64,000 nucleotides of DNA from Longimicrobiales bacterium (GCA_965198065.1 CBDAON010000004.1:1-64000); one strand, 5' to 3'. Shown: positions 27,457 through 37,445, numbered from the stretch's first letter. Numbers and translations: made by a program. The notes: generated from the letters alone by a model not told the origin.

Positions 27457-28182
27457 TCAGCTCGCGAGCAGCAAGTCCCCCCGCTCGAGGCCGAGGAGCC
27501 GCTCCTTGTACTCGACGCCCCCGCCGTAGCCACCTAGTGACCCGTCCGTGCGGACCACCCGGTGACACGGGACGACGATGGCGACCGGGTTTCGTCCAAG
27601 GGCGCTCCCGACGGCCCTGGCGGCCCCGGGTTTGGCGATGCGTCGGGCGAGCTCGGCGTATGGGATTACCTCACCGAAGGGGATGGCTCGAGCGGCGTCC
27701 AGCACCTGACGATCGAAGTGGCTGAGGCCACTCAGGTCGATGGCCACATCGAACCGAGATCGAATTCCGGCGAAGTACTCCCCGAGCTCGCGCTCCACGT
27801 CGGCGAGCCTCCGAGCGTCTCTCACGATCGGGATCTCCGGGGAGCTCCTTTCCATCTCCTCCACAAAGGTGTCGGCGTCCTGCGGGGTCCAGGAACCGGG
27901 ATCGTCCCCCTCCTGCCGCCATGAGACGCGGGCCAGGCCGCGGTCGGTCGCGGCCACGAACATGTCCCCGAACGGAGTCGGGAACCGGTGCCAACGCACG
28001 ACGTGGGTCGCGCAGCACTCGGACAGGGCCGACCGAAGCGTGACGAGCTCGGCGGCCCGAGCGGAACAGGGCTCGCAGTCTCCCAGGTGCTCTGCCATCG
28101 TGAGCTCCTCGTCTAGAGGCAGGTCCCCACTCACGAACGCCACGAGACTGTCCGTGGAAAAGGTGCAGGGTTCCGAGATCAT
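27457..28182 (-). CDS. ogt: Methylated-DNA-protein-cysteine methyltransferase with N-terminal zf-HC2 (anti-sigma-like) zinc finger
   Basis: HLGDCEPC (HxxxCxxC) at the N-terminus; TPFG, IPFGE..Y, ARAVG and active site PCHRV. Confidence 0.88.
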   Translation of the reverse strand: MISEPCTFSTDSLVAFVSGDLPLDEELTMAEHLGDCEPCSARAAELVTLRSALSECCATHVVRWHRFPTPFGDMFVAATDRGLARVSWRQEGDDPGSWTPQDADTFVEEMERSSPEIPIVRDARRLADVERELGEYFAGIRSRFDVAIDLSGLSHFDRQVLDAARAIPFGEVIPYAELARRIAKPGAARAVGSALGRNPVAIVVPCHRVVRTDGSLGGYGGGVEYKERLLGLERGDLLLAS

Positions 28183-28288
28183 GATCCGTGTTCCTCCTCC
28201 CACAGGTGTCTCGTCAACCCCGGCCTCCGCTGGAAGCGCGACGTGGAAGCCCGGCTCTCGGGCCGAAGGAAGCTCCGCCGGAAGTAAG

Positions 28289-29239
28289 CTACGCCGATGG
28301 CAGCGCGTCCACGATCTGGGCCATGCGCTGCCGGGTCGCCTGATCCGGCAGCGTCCCGAGCCCTGCCCCCAGGTTGTCAACCAGGTGCTCCGGATCAGAG
28401 GTTCCCGGGATGATCACGGTCATGTCCGGATGACTGAGCAGGTACTTGAGGAAGAACTGCGCCCACGTGGCAGCCCCGATTTCGGCGGCGAGCTCCGGGA
28501 CGGGCCGGCCCGCCACCCGGTTGAAGAGTCGGGCCCGGCCGAAGGGGAGGGCCGATATCGTCGCGACGCCGCGATCCCGTGCAATAGGGAAGAGAGTCTC
28601 CTCGACCTCCCGATTGTCGATCGCGTAGTCGAGCTGAACGAAATCGAGCTCCTCGCTTCGGAGGATGCGCGCGACCTCGTCGTAACTGTTGTCGCTGGTG
28701 GTCGTGATTCCCACGTACTTGACTCGGCCTTCCTGCCTCAGCTCGCGAAGCAGTGGAAGCTGGGTCTGCCAGTCCCCGAGGTTGTGGACCTGGTTGAGGA
28801 AAATCTGCCCCGGGGCCAGACGCTCGGCCGATCTGTTCATCTGGACCAACCCCGCCGCCCGCCCGCGGGCGCCACTGATCTTAGTGGCCCAGAGGATCTG
28901 TTCGGAGTTCCCGATCTCACGAGCGAGGTCACCAAGCACCTGCTCCGACGTCCCGTAGCACGGGCAGGTGTCGATGAACCGCCCTCCGTGCTCCGTGAAC
29001 AGGCGAACCACCTCGCGGATCGCGGTCCGCTCGGCGGGCGTCCTAGCGGCCTGCATGAAGGTGTTGGCGGTGCCGAGACCGACCGCCGGGATGCGCTCCC
29101 CCGTCTTCGGGATCGCCTTCACGAGTTGCCCCTGAGCTGCCGGACGGACGGCCGCTTCGATCACGCTCCGACCGCAGAGGAGCGATGCTCCGGCAGCCGC
29201 GGCGCCCAACTTGATCGCATCGCGTCGTGTGTATCGCAT
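28289..29239 (-). CDS. Tat-exported aldo/keto reductase
   Basis: TRRDAIK twin-arginine signal; IPAVGLGT, IDTCPCYG, ATK, VHNL and IPGT. Confidence 0.9.
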   Translation of the reverse strand: MRYTRRDAIKLGAAAAGASLLCGRSVIEAAVRPAAQGQLVKAIPKTGERIPAVGLGTANTFMQAARTPAERTAIREVVRLFTEHGGRFIDTCPCYGTSEQVLGDLAREIGNSEQILWATKISGARGRAAGLVQMNRSAERLAPGQIFLNQVHNLGDWQTQLPLLRELRQEGRVKYVGITTTSDNSYDEVARILRSEELDFVQLDYAIDNREVEETLFPIARDRGVATISALPFGRARLFNRVAGRPVPELAAEIGAATWAQFFLKYLLSHPDMTVIIPGTSDPEHLVDNLGAGLGTLPDQATRQRMAQIVDALPSA

Positions 29240-29512
29240 GGAGTTTCCTGGCAATGGGGAGACCCGGTCGGGCGGGGAGAGGCGCTTCATTTCGAAGGTG
29301 ACCCCGGAGTACTGTAGAGCGTTGAGCGTCGCGCGTCGACCGTGCAGCGTCGAGCCACAGTCGTTGCCGCTCCTCACTGTCCCGGTCCTCCAACGGCGGA
29401 CTATACTTCCGGAGCCCCTTCGGTGGCCCGCAGCACCACCCCCGAGTAAACGAATGGTGATTATCTACTTGACACAAGGTACGAACGCTTGTAAGTTTAG
29501 GTGCATGGACAT

Positions 29513-29659
29513 TCAATCGCCTTTGTTTTCAACGGGTTTCATGATCTTCTCCACCTCTTTCATAACCCGTTTTCCGAACAGTTTGTCCATGACCTCGCGG
29601 TCGGGGCGTTCGGTGATGTCCTTCGGCAACTTCCGTTTCTTCTTGGGTTTCTGAGCCAT
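29513..29659 (-). CDS. Small basic protein divergent from the IS1595 transposase
   Basis: 48-aa Lys-rich ORF whose ATG overlaps the transposase ATG in a CATG palindrome. Confidence 0.45.
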   Translation of the reverse strand: MAQKPKKKRKLPKDITERPDREVMDKLFGKRVMKEVEKIMKPVENKGD

Positions 29660-30563
29660 GACTGCTGGTATCAACCTCGTGAGTCTGATTGATCGTTTCT
29701 CTGACGACGACAAATGCCGTGAGTATCTAGAAGACCTGCGGTGGAGCGACGAAGTAGCATGCCCTCGGTGTGGCGATACCTCCGTGTCCGAGATCCAAGA
29801 CCGGCATCAGTGGGATTGTAATTCATGCCGCTACCAATTCAGTGTGACGGCGGGAACGATCATGCACCGTTCGCACCTTCCGCTCCGTAAGTGGTTCTTG
29901 GCCATCTACCTCATGTGCGAGTCGAAGAAGGGCATCAGCGCGAACCAGTTGAAGCGCACCCTCGGAATCGCCTACAAGACGGCCTGGCACCTCTGCCACC
30001 GCATCCGTGAAGCGATGGGCAACGATCCGTTCACCGGCCCCACGCTTTTCGGGATCATCGAAGTGGACGAGACGTGGGTTGGCGGAGTCCAGAGAGGCAA
30101 GGGCCGGGGGCCGTACAGCACCACCAACAAGGCCATTGTCGTCGGAGCGGTCCAGCGCGACGGGCAGGTCAAGCTTGAGCACATCCCTGACACCAAGCGG
30201 GTTACTCTGGACGACTTCGTTCGGCGCTCCGTTACCGATGAAGCCTTGGCCATCTACACGGACGAGTTTCCCGCCTACCGTGGCCTCGGTGAGCGCATGG
30301 GCATCGCGCATGACACCGTGCAGCACAACCTCGACGAATGGGTTGTAGGTGACGTTCACACCAACAGCGTAGAAGGCGTCTGGAGCCTGTTCAAGCGCTC
30401 CATCATGGGATCGTTCCACAAAATCAGCAGGAAGCATCTGGACCGTTACCTCGAAGAACTCGAATGGAGACACAACAACCGGAACAACCCGCACATCTTC
30501 CGCGATACGCTGCGGCGGATCGTGGACACGGATGCACTCACGTATGACGCGCTCACGGCGTAG
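29658..30563 (+). CDS. IS1595-family (ISXO2-like) transposase
   Basis: Zn ribbon CPRC..CNSC, EVDET, IYTDE, HTNSVEG.WS.FKR and YL.E..WR.N.R. Confidence 0.95.
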   Translation: MTAGINLVSLIDRFSDDDKCREYLEDLRWSDEVACPRCGDTSVSEIQDRHQWDCNSCRYQFSVTAGTIMHRSHLPLRKWFLAIYLMCESKKGISANQLKRTLGIAYKTAWHLCHRIREAMGNDPFTGPTLFGIIEVDETWVGGVQRGKGRGPYSTTNKAIVVGAVQRDGQVKLEHIPDTKRVTLDDFVRRSVTDEALAIYTDEFPAYRGLGERMGIAHDTVQHNLDEWVVGDVHTNSVEGVWSLFKRSIMGSFHKISRKHLDRYLEELEWRHNNRNNPHIFRDTLRRIVDTDALTYDALTA

Positions 30564-30569
30564 GACGCA

Positions 30570-30938
30570 TCACTGTTCTCCGGCATTTTCGGACCCTGGG
30601 TTCCTGATGTCATTTAGAACCGTCTTCCTGTGGCCCCAAGCCTTTGCGCCCCAAGCGCAAAAGATAGCAGACGTGACGAATGCTAGTACCATCGGGAAGA
30701 TGCCCGCCGTGAAAGCGTTCACCTGCCACTCAACTAAGAACGTGATCCCCACACTCAGTAGGAAGCTGGCAGCGGAAAATCCAAATAGCACGTCCGTCTC
30801 GCATTTTGTAAGGCTTGTAAGCTCCGCATCTGAGACGAGATGAGATTTCATAATCCTATCTGCCGTTTCGTTGTGGAGAATTGCGCCACGTTCGCCAGCA
30901 CTAATGACGACGCCGGAAGAATCTTGGATGTCAGGCAT
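30570..30938 (-). CDS. Two-transmembrane-helix passenger protein
   Basis: Hydrophobic segments LFGFSAASFLLSVGITFLV and IFPMVLAFVTSAIFCAW; start overlaps the upstream passenger stop. Confidence 0.65.
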   Translation of the reverse strand: MPDIQDSSGVVISAGERGAILHNETADRIMKSHLVSDAELTSLTKCETDVLFGFSAASFLLSVGITFLVEWQVNAFTAGIFPMVLAFVTSAIFCAWGAKAWGHRKTVLNDIRNPGSENAGEQ

Positions 30939-31269
30939 CGTCTGAATCCTCCGCTTTTGGTTCGACGCCCATGACTATGGCGTTGAAGAAGAGCGTATGG
31001 GCGCAGTTCATACAGAGCAGCACGACAAACGGATAGGCGGGGCCACCTAAAGGGTGTGGCGCAGGTAATCTCCCCTTGAGGTCTCCAATGAGCCATGCTT
31101 CGTGTGAACACACAGGGCAGGGTAGGTCTTCCCCGGCTCGCTCTTGGAGCCAGGCCATTACAGTCTCGGTTTCTTGGTCGGTGAGCTTTCCAGGCTCTTC
31201 CTTTTCGAGCAGTCCCTTTAGCTTCTTTGGTTTCTTCTCGGGACCACCCTTCAGCTTCCTTTGCGCCAT
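30931..31269 (-). CDS. Zinc-ribbon passenger protein
   Basis: CPVC ... CMNC pair with a Lys-rich N-terminus. Confidence 0.7.
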   Translation of the reverse strand: MAQRKLKGGPEKKPKKLKGLLEKEEPGKLTDQETETVMAWLQERAGEDLPCPVCSHEAWLIGDLKGRLPAPHPLGGPAYPFVVLLCMNCAHTLFFNAIVMGVEPKAEDSDDA

Positions 31270-31384
31270 ATCCGCACCCTACAATGAGGCTAAGCACGAG
31301 GCGGGAATCGCCCGCGTAGCTAAGCATAGTAGGGCCTCGGCAACCTTGCGGCAAGTAGACAATCACCAAACGAATGGAGGCACT

Positions 31385-32495
31385 GTGGCCGAGGTCCGGG
31401 TCGGAACCAAGAAGGGAGCATTCGTCCTCCGCTCTGACGGTGCGCGGGCGGAAGTGGACGATCGTCGGGCCGGAGTTCCCCGGGTGGGAGGTCATGCACG
31501 TGAAGGGCTCGCCCGTCTCACCCGACCGCATTTATGCCTCGATCTGGACGGACTGGCATGGGCAGGTCGTTCAGCGCTCCGACGATGGCGGACGGACGTG
31601 GGACGCGGTTGGAAACGAGTTCGAGTATATGGGGGAAGCGGGTACGCACCAGTGGTACGACGGGACCCCGCACCCGTGGGAGTTCAAGCGCGTGTGGCAC
31701 TTCGAGCCCTCGCCGGAGGACCGGGACACTGTCTTCGCGGGGGTGGAGGACGCGGCCATCTTCCGCTCCACCGACGGGGGAGGCTCCTGGAGCGAGCTCT
31801 CCGGGCTCCGAAACCACTCGACCGGAAAGGATTGGGCGCCCGGGGCCGGCGGCATGTGTCTCCACACGATCCTGATCGACCCGGCGGATCCGATCCGCAT
31901 GTTCGTCGCTATCTCCGCCGCGGGAACGTTCCGAACCACGGACGGCGGGGCATCGTGGGAGGTCGCCACGAAGGGGCTCCACTCGCGCAACATCCCCAAT
32001 CCGGAGGCGCCGGTCGGGCACTGCGTGCACAACATTGCCATGCACCCGAGCCGCCCGAATACCCTGTTCATGCAAAAGCACTGGGACGTCTGCCGCTCCG
32101 ACGACGCCGGGGCGAACTGGCGAAAGGTGAGCGGGAACCTCCCCACGGACTTCGGCTTTCCGATCGGGGTCCACCCGCACGAGCCGGAGACGATCTACGT
32201 GGTTCCGATTGTCAGCGATGCTCACCATTTCCCGCCGAACGGCCGGCTCCGTGTGTACCGGAGCCGGACCGGGGGGGAGGAGTGGGAGCCGCTCTCGAAG
32301 GGGCTTCCCCAGCGGAACTGCTACGTGAACGTCCTCCGTGACGCGATGTCCGTGGATCGGATGTCAGACGCGGGAATTTACTTCGGCACCACGGGGGGGC
32401 AGGTCTTCGCCTCGGCCGACGGCGGCGACTCGTGGAAGGCGCTCGCGAAGCACCTTCCGGCAGTCTATTCGGTCGAGGTCCAGACGATCCAGTGA
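31385..32495 (+). CDS. BNR/Asp-box beta-propeller (sialidase-like) protein with an apparent +1 frameshift near 31446
   Basis: GGAGG-GTG start gives [16 protein letters not shown]. An extra G in GCGCGGGCGG shifts to the main frame, which has repeated S/T-x-D-G-G-x-S/T-W boxes. Confidence 0.8.
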
Positions 32496-32806
32496 GCAGG
32501 ATTCGGGTCGAGCTCCCCGCTCACCTGCGGAGCCTGGCTCGGGTCGGTGGGGATGTGACCGTGGAGGCCGGGGCGTTGCCGACGATCGAGAGCGTCCTGG
32601 CCGGGCTCGAAGCGGCCTATCCGGTCTTAAAGGGCACGATCCGGGACCACGGGCGCGGAGATCGCCGCGCGTTCATGCGGTACTTCGCCTGCGGCCACGA
32701 TCTCTCGCACGAGCCCCCCGACACGCGCCTCCCCGACGCCGTGGTGTCGGGCGAAGAGGCTTTCACGGTGATCGGAGCCATCGCCGGAGGCCGGCGGCAG
32801 GCGTAA
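32492..32806 (+). CDS. MoaD/ThiS-family ubiquitin-like protein with residues after the GG motif
   Basis: GTGA coupling; [13 protein letters not shown]...[10 protein letters not shown]...[11 protein letters not shown]. Confidence 0.85.
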   Translation: MSRIRVELPAHLRSLARVGGDVTVEAGALPTIESVLAGLEAAYPVLKGTIRDHGRGDRRAFMRYFACGHDLSHEPPDTRLPDAVVSGEEAFTVIGAIAGGRRQA

Positions 32807-32818
32807 GAGGCCGGCGCG

Positions 32819-33160
32819 TCAACCGTCAACGGGTCCCGATCCGGGAGGCGGGGCCATCCCCACGAAGAGGACGAGCCGCTCGGGCCCCGCGTTCACGACC
32901 CCGTGACGCGCGCCCGCCGGCGCCCAGACGATAGCGCCCGGCTTCGCCTCGAACCCCGTGTCCCCGACCGAGAATCGCCCCCGCCCCTCTTGAACGATGT
33001 AGAACTTGTCCTGGTCGTCGTGCGTGTGCTCTTCCTGAGCCTGGCCGGGCTCCAGGCAGTTCACCCCGACGAGGAGGCGCTGGCCCCGGAAGACGGTGCT
33101 CTTGAAGTGTCTTCCGTCGCGGGCTCCCACGTGGGCCCGGTAGTCCGCGAAGTAGTCCAT
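32819..33160 (-). CDS. Cupin domain protein
   Basis: HTH..QDK and APAGARHGV cupin motifs. Confidence 0.85.
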   Translation of the reverse strand: MDYFADYRAHVGARDGRHFKSTVFRGQRLLVGVNCLEPGQAQEEHTHDDQDKFYIVQEGRGRFSVGDTGFEAKPGAIVWAPAGARHGVVNAGPERLVLFVGMAPPPGSGPVDG

Positions 33161-33406
33161 GTGCTTCCTCGGTCGGCAGGTGAGGGGTCAGGAGTGCGGG
33201 GCGGCGTCAAATCTAGCCGGTTACACTAGGTTGGCGACCGCTCGGGGTCGCTGGCAGTGGGTGACTCACTACGGGAGGTGCCGCCCGCGGGTTGATCGCC
33301 GAGGGGGACGCGCTAGCTTCCCACCTTTCCCGGCGCGCAGGACGATGTGGCGGGTCGCTGAAGCCCCGGCGCACGCCCACCCGGCGCTTGGCCGGAGCCC
33401 CGTCCC

Positions 33407-34333
33407 GTGATACGAATCACGTTCCTCGGTACTTCCGCCTCGCGGCCGACCGTGGGTCGGAACGTGAGCGCGCTGGCGCTCCAGCGGGAGGGGGAGGTGT
33501 TCCTCCTCGACTGCGGGGAGGGCACGCAGCGCCAGATGATGCGCTTCGGCACGGGGTTTTCGGTCGAGCACATCTTCATCTCCCACCTCCACGCCGATCA
33601 CTTCCTGGGGGTGATCGGCCTCATTCGGACGATGGCCCTCCAGGGACGAACGGAGCCTCTCGTCCTCTACGCCCCCCTGGGCTCAAGGGATACCCTGGGG
33701 GAAGTCGTAAGGCTCGGGGGAGGAAAGCGGACACACTTCCCGATCGAGATCCGTGAGATGGAACCTGGTGATCGGCTGTCGGGGGTGGGGTACGACGTCG
33801 AGGCTCTCGTCGTGCGTCACGGAACGCCGGCCCTCGGCTTCGCCTTGCGCGAGCATCCACGTCCCGGGCGATTCGACGTGGAGAAGGCCCGCGCCCTCGG
33901 GGTCCCCGAGGGGCCGCTCTTCGGGAGGCTGCACGGAGGAGAAGCGATCGAAGTGAACGGCCGTAGCATCGAACCGGCTCAGGTCGTCGGACCGCCCCGC
34001 GCAGGGCGGCTCGTGGTCTACAGCGGGGACACCGCGCCCGCCCCCGAGGTGGTCGAGGCCGCGGCCGGGGCGGACATGTTGATCCACGACGCCACCTTCT
34101 CGGAAGAGGAGGTGGCGCGGGCGCGCGAGACGTTCCACAGCACGGCTAAGGGAGCGGCTGAGGTCGCGCGGGACGCGGGAGTCCACCGCCTCTACCTCAC
34201 GCACCTCTCGGCGCGCTACTCCGCGAACCCGCAGCCGCTCGAGCGCGAGGCCCGCGAGGTGTTCCCCGTGACCGAAGTGGCGTACGACGGGCTCGCTGTC
34301 GAGATCGGGTTCGAGTCGGACGGCGATTCGTGA
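33407..34333 (+). CDS. rnz: Ribonuclease Z
   Basis: FLGT, DCGEGTQ, SHLHADH, exosite GVPEGP, SGDT, HST and THLSARY. Confidence 0.95.
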   Translation: MIRITFLGTSASRPTVGRNVSALALQREGEVFLLDCGEGTQRQMMRFGTGFSVEHIFISHLHADHFLGVIGLIRTMALQGRTEPLVLYAPLGSRDTLGEVVRLGGGKRTHFPIEIREMEPGDRLSGVGYDVEALVVRHGTPALGFALREHPRPGRFDVEKARALGVPEGPLFGRLHGGEAIEVNGRSIEPAQVVGPPRAGRLVVYSGDTAPAPEVVEAAAGADMLIHDATFSEEEVARARETFHSTAKGAAEVARDAGVHRLYLTHLSARYSANPQPLEREAREVFPVTEVAYDGLAVEIGFESDGDS

Positions 34334-34385
34334 ACGCCGTCGCGCTGAGCGCCGTCAGGTGGGGTGCCCCGAAGGAGTGAGTGGT

Positions 34386-35222
34386 GTGAATACGGTCACG
34401 GTCGTGGGGCTCGGGCTCATGGGAGGCTCGCTCTGTCGGGCCCTCAAGGCCGAGGAACGCCCGCCGACGGTCCTCGGGGTGGATCCGGACGTGACCCGGG
34501 GTGCGCAAGCGGTGGAAGCGGGAGTTGTGGACGGGTTTTCGCCGGACGGAAGGGACGCGGTGGCCCGCGCGGACGTCGTCGTCTACGCAACCCCCCTCGG
34601 CGCGACCCTCGCCCTTCTCCGTGAGCAGGCGGCTTCCTGGAGCAGGGAAGCGCTCATCACGGACTTGGTGTCGCTCAAGGCGCCTCTACTGCGGGCCGCG
34701 GGCGCAGGCGGCTTCGCGGACCGATACGTGGGCGCCCACCCGATTTGCGGGGGGGAGGCTTCAGGGTTCGAGCACTCGCGGGAGGGGCTCTTCCGGGGCG
34801 CGAGGATCTGGCTGTGCGCGGGCAACGGAGTCACCGACGAAGGCAGGGAGCGAGGCCGGTCGTTCTGGGCGGGGGTCGGGGGCGACCCGGAGTGGATCGA
34901 GGCGCGTGCGCACGACGAGATGATGGCGTGGGTATCCCACCTCCCCCAGCTCGTGTCGAACGCCCTGGCCGGTGCGCTGGATTCCGCGGGGATCGACCCG
35001 TCCCGGCTGGGACCCGGGGGTCGGGACATGACGCGGCTCGCCGGCTCGAGCCCCAACCTGTGGAAGGATCTCCTGGAGGCCTCCGCTCCCGTGACCGGGG
35101 TCGGCCTCACATCCGTCGCCAAGGCCCTGAACGTGCTCGCTGACCTCCTGGCCAGAAGGGACGTCGATCGGATCGCAGAGTTCATGGAGCGCACCCGCCA
35201 GTGGCGAGAGGGAGGAGCGTGA
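34386..35222 (+). CDS. tyrA: Prephenate/arogenate dehydrogenase
   Basis: GLGLMGGS, TDLVSLK, HPICG, HD...A.VSHLPQL and RDMTRLA. Confidence 0.9.
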   Translation: MNTVTVVGLGLMGGSLCRALKAEERPPTVLGVDPDVTRGAQAVEAGVVDGFSPDGRDAVARADVVVYATPLGATLALLREQAASWSREALITDLVSLKAPLLRAAGAGGFADRYVGAHPICGGEASGFEHSREGLFRGARIWLCAGNGVTDEGRERGRSFWAGVGGDPEWIEARAHDEMMAWVSHLPQLVSNALAGALDSAGIDPSRLGPGGRDMTRLAGSSPNLWKDLLEASAPVTGVGLTSVAKALNVLADLLARRDVDRIAEFMERTRQWREGGA

Positions 35223-36568
35223 TCACGGTTCCGGGCGACAAGTCAATCAGCCATCGAGCCCTCCTTCTGGGCGCGGTCGCGTCGGGCGAGAGCCGTATCC
35301 GCGGAGTCCTCTCCGGGGAGGACTGCCAGAGTACGGCCTCCGTGCTCCGGAGGCTGGGCGCGCCCGTCCCGACCGTTCCCGGAGACGGATCGGAGATGCG
35401 GCTTCCCGGAGTTGGGCTTAGCGGGCTCCTCGCTCCCGACACCGAGCTCGATTGCGGGAACTCCGGGACGACCGCGCGGCTCCTCCTGGGCCTTCTTTCC
35501 GGGCTCCCGATCGAAGCCACGATCGTGGGGGACCCCTCACTAAGCTCCAGGCCGATGCGACGGGTGACCGAGCCGCTCGCCAGGGTTGGAGCGCGCTTCC
35601 AGGAACTGGGTGGGGAGGGGCAGCTCCCCCTCCGGGTGACGGGCGGAGCGCTCCGCCCCATCGTGCACGTGTCGCCTGCGGCGACCGCCCAGGTGAAGAG
35701 CGCTCTGCTCCTCGCGGGGGTGACGGGCGGAGTCGCTGTCCAGGTGACCGAGCCCAGCCCCTCCCGCGATCACACGGAGCGAATGCTCCGAAGGATGGGC
35801 GTCCGGGTGGACTCGGGGCCGGGGCCGGAGGGATGGACTGTCCGGCTCGTCGAGGCGCCCGAGAGCCTCCGCTCCCTGGACCTCCAGGTGCCGGGCGACT
35901 TCTCGTCCGCGGCCTTCCTCGTGGCGCTGGGCCTCCTGGGGGGCGCGGGGGACGGGCTCCGGATCGAGAACGTCGGTTTGAACCCCACCCGCATCGGGCT
36001 CCTGGACCTGCTCCGGGAGATGGGCGCCGACCTCGACGTCGAGAACCCGCGCGAGGCCACCGATCCGGCGGGAGAGCCCGCCGGTGATCTGGTCGTGCGG
36101 CGCTCGGAGCTCCGGGGCGCGTCCGTGGGCGGCGACATGATCCCGCGACTGATCGACGAGCTTCCCGTGCTGGCTGTGCTGGCAACCTGCGCGGAGGGCG
36201 TGACGGAGATCCGGGACGCCGCCGAGCTGAGAGTGAAGGAGTCGGACCGGATTCGCGCCATGGCCGCGAACCTGGGTCGGGTCGGCGCGCGGGTCGAGGA
36301 GCTCCCGGACGGTCTCCGGATCGAGGGCGGCGGTGGGCCCCTGGAGGGAAGGGTCCAGGCGTTAGGCGACCACCGAGTCGCCATGTCCTTCGGCATCTTG
36401 GGTGCGCTCCCCGGCCAGCGGGTCACAGTTGACGACTCGGCGGCGGCAGCGGTCAGCTTCCCCGGATTCTGGAAGCTCCTGGACGAGCTCCGGTCGAGTG
36501 GTGCGGATCCGGTGTGCTCTAACGGGGGCCCGTTTCCGACGAAAGCGCCGGGAGGGGCCCCGGCGTGA
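35219..36568 (+). CDS. aroA: EPSP synthase
   Basis: PGDKSISHR, CGNSGTT, RPM.RV, AQVKSA, ELRVKESDR and DHRVAM. Confidence 0.97.
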   Translation: MITVPGDKSISHRALLLGAVASGESRIRGVLSGEDCQSTASVLRRLGAPVPTVPGDGSEMRLPGVGLSGLLAPDTELDCGNSGTTARLLLGLLSGLPIEATIVGDPSLSSRPMRRVTEPLARVGARFQELGGEGQLPLRVTGGALRPIVHVSPAATAQVKSALLLAGVTGGVAVQVTEPSPSRDHTERMLRRMGVRVDSGPGPEGWTVRLVEAPESLRSLDLQVPGDFSSAAFLVALGLLGGAGDGLRIENVGLNPTRIGLLDLLREMGADLDVENPREATDPAGEPAGDLVVRRSELRGASVGGDMIPRLIDELPVLAVLATCAEGVTEIRDAAELRVKESDRIRAMAANLGRVGARVEELPDGLRIEGGGGPLEGRVQALGDHRVAMSFGILGALPGQRVTVDDSAAAAVSFPGFWKLLDELRSSGADPVCSNGGPFPTKAPGGAPA

Positions 36569-37287
36569 GCCTGGGCCGGGCGAGCGGCAGCCGACCCCCG
36601 GTCGTGACGATCGATGGGCCGGCGGGATCGGGGAAGTCCACGACCGCCGCCGCGGTAGCCGCGCGCCTGGGCTTGCGACACCTCGACTCTGGGGCTCTCT
36701 ATCGTGCCCTCACCGTGGCGTTCGTTCGACGTGGAGTCCCGGGGGAGCGGTGGCCCGAGATCGGGCCGGCCGCGGTCGCAGCCATCGACATCCGTCTCGA
36801 GCCCCGGCCCGGCGGCTTCGAGGTGCTGCTGGACGGGGCCACCCCCGGCCCGGAGCTTCGCGCGCTCGAGGTGACCGAGAAGGCCTCGCGACTCGCGAGG
36901 ATCCCGGCGGCACGTGCCCGGTTGCTCAGGCTCCAGCGGAGTGCTCCGGGGTTCGGGGGCGTGGTGGCGGAAGGCCGCGACATGGGCACGGTGGTCTTTC
37001 CAGAGGCGCCACTGAAAGTCTTCCTGACCGCCGACCTCGACACTAGGGCGGTCCGCAGGCTTCTCCAGGAGGGAAGGGAGGAGACGCCAGAGGCGATATC
37101 CAGAGCGGTCGCCCGGATCCGAGAACGCGACGCGAGGGATGAAGGCCGCGAGCTGGCCCCCCTCCGGACCCCCGCGGGGGCTCTCGTGATCGACACGACG
37201 AGCATCACGTTCGAAGGCCAGGTCGAGCGCATCACCAGGGATGCCTCTGAGGTCTTCGGGTTGACCGACGAATCCTCCACGGAATAG
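36565..37287 (+). CDS. cmk: Cytidylate kinase
   Basis: IDGPAGSGKST, DSGALYR and EGRDMGTVVFP. Confidence 0.96.
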   Translation: MSLGRASGSRPPVVTIDGPAGSGKSTTAAAVAARLGLRHLDSGALYRALTVAFVRRGVPGERWPEIGPAAVAAIDIRLEPRPGGFEVLLDGATPGPELRALEVTEKASRLARIPAARARLLRLQRSAPGFGGVVAEGRDMGTVVFPEAPLKVFLTADLDTRAVRRLLQEGREETPEAISRAVARIRERDARDEGRELAPLRTPAGALVIDTTSITFEGQVERITRDASEVFGLTDESSTE

Positions 37288-37445
37288 TTTCCGGGCTTGT
37301 AGCCGAGCGAGGTTCACGTCCCCCAGGACGACCCCGAGACCGCGGGCCCGGTACGCTTCCCCCGGGAAACGCCATGTCAGGGGCGTCCCTAGGCCCCCCG
37401 GCCGTCAGTCTCCGCGCCCCGGGGGAGAAGCGATCCCGATCCCCG

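Larger units (their letters stand above)
29456..31367 (+). mobile_element. IS1595-family element carrying passenger genes
   Basis: 25-bp imperfect IRs GGTGATTATCTACTTGACACAAGGT / ACCTTGCGGCAAGTAGACAATCACC (3 mismatches); 8-bp target duplication AAACGAAT (29448-29455, 31368-31375). Confidence 0.95.
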
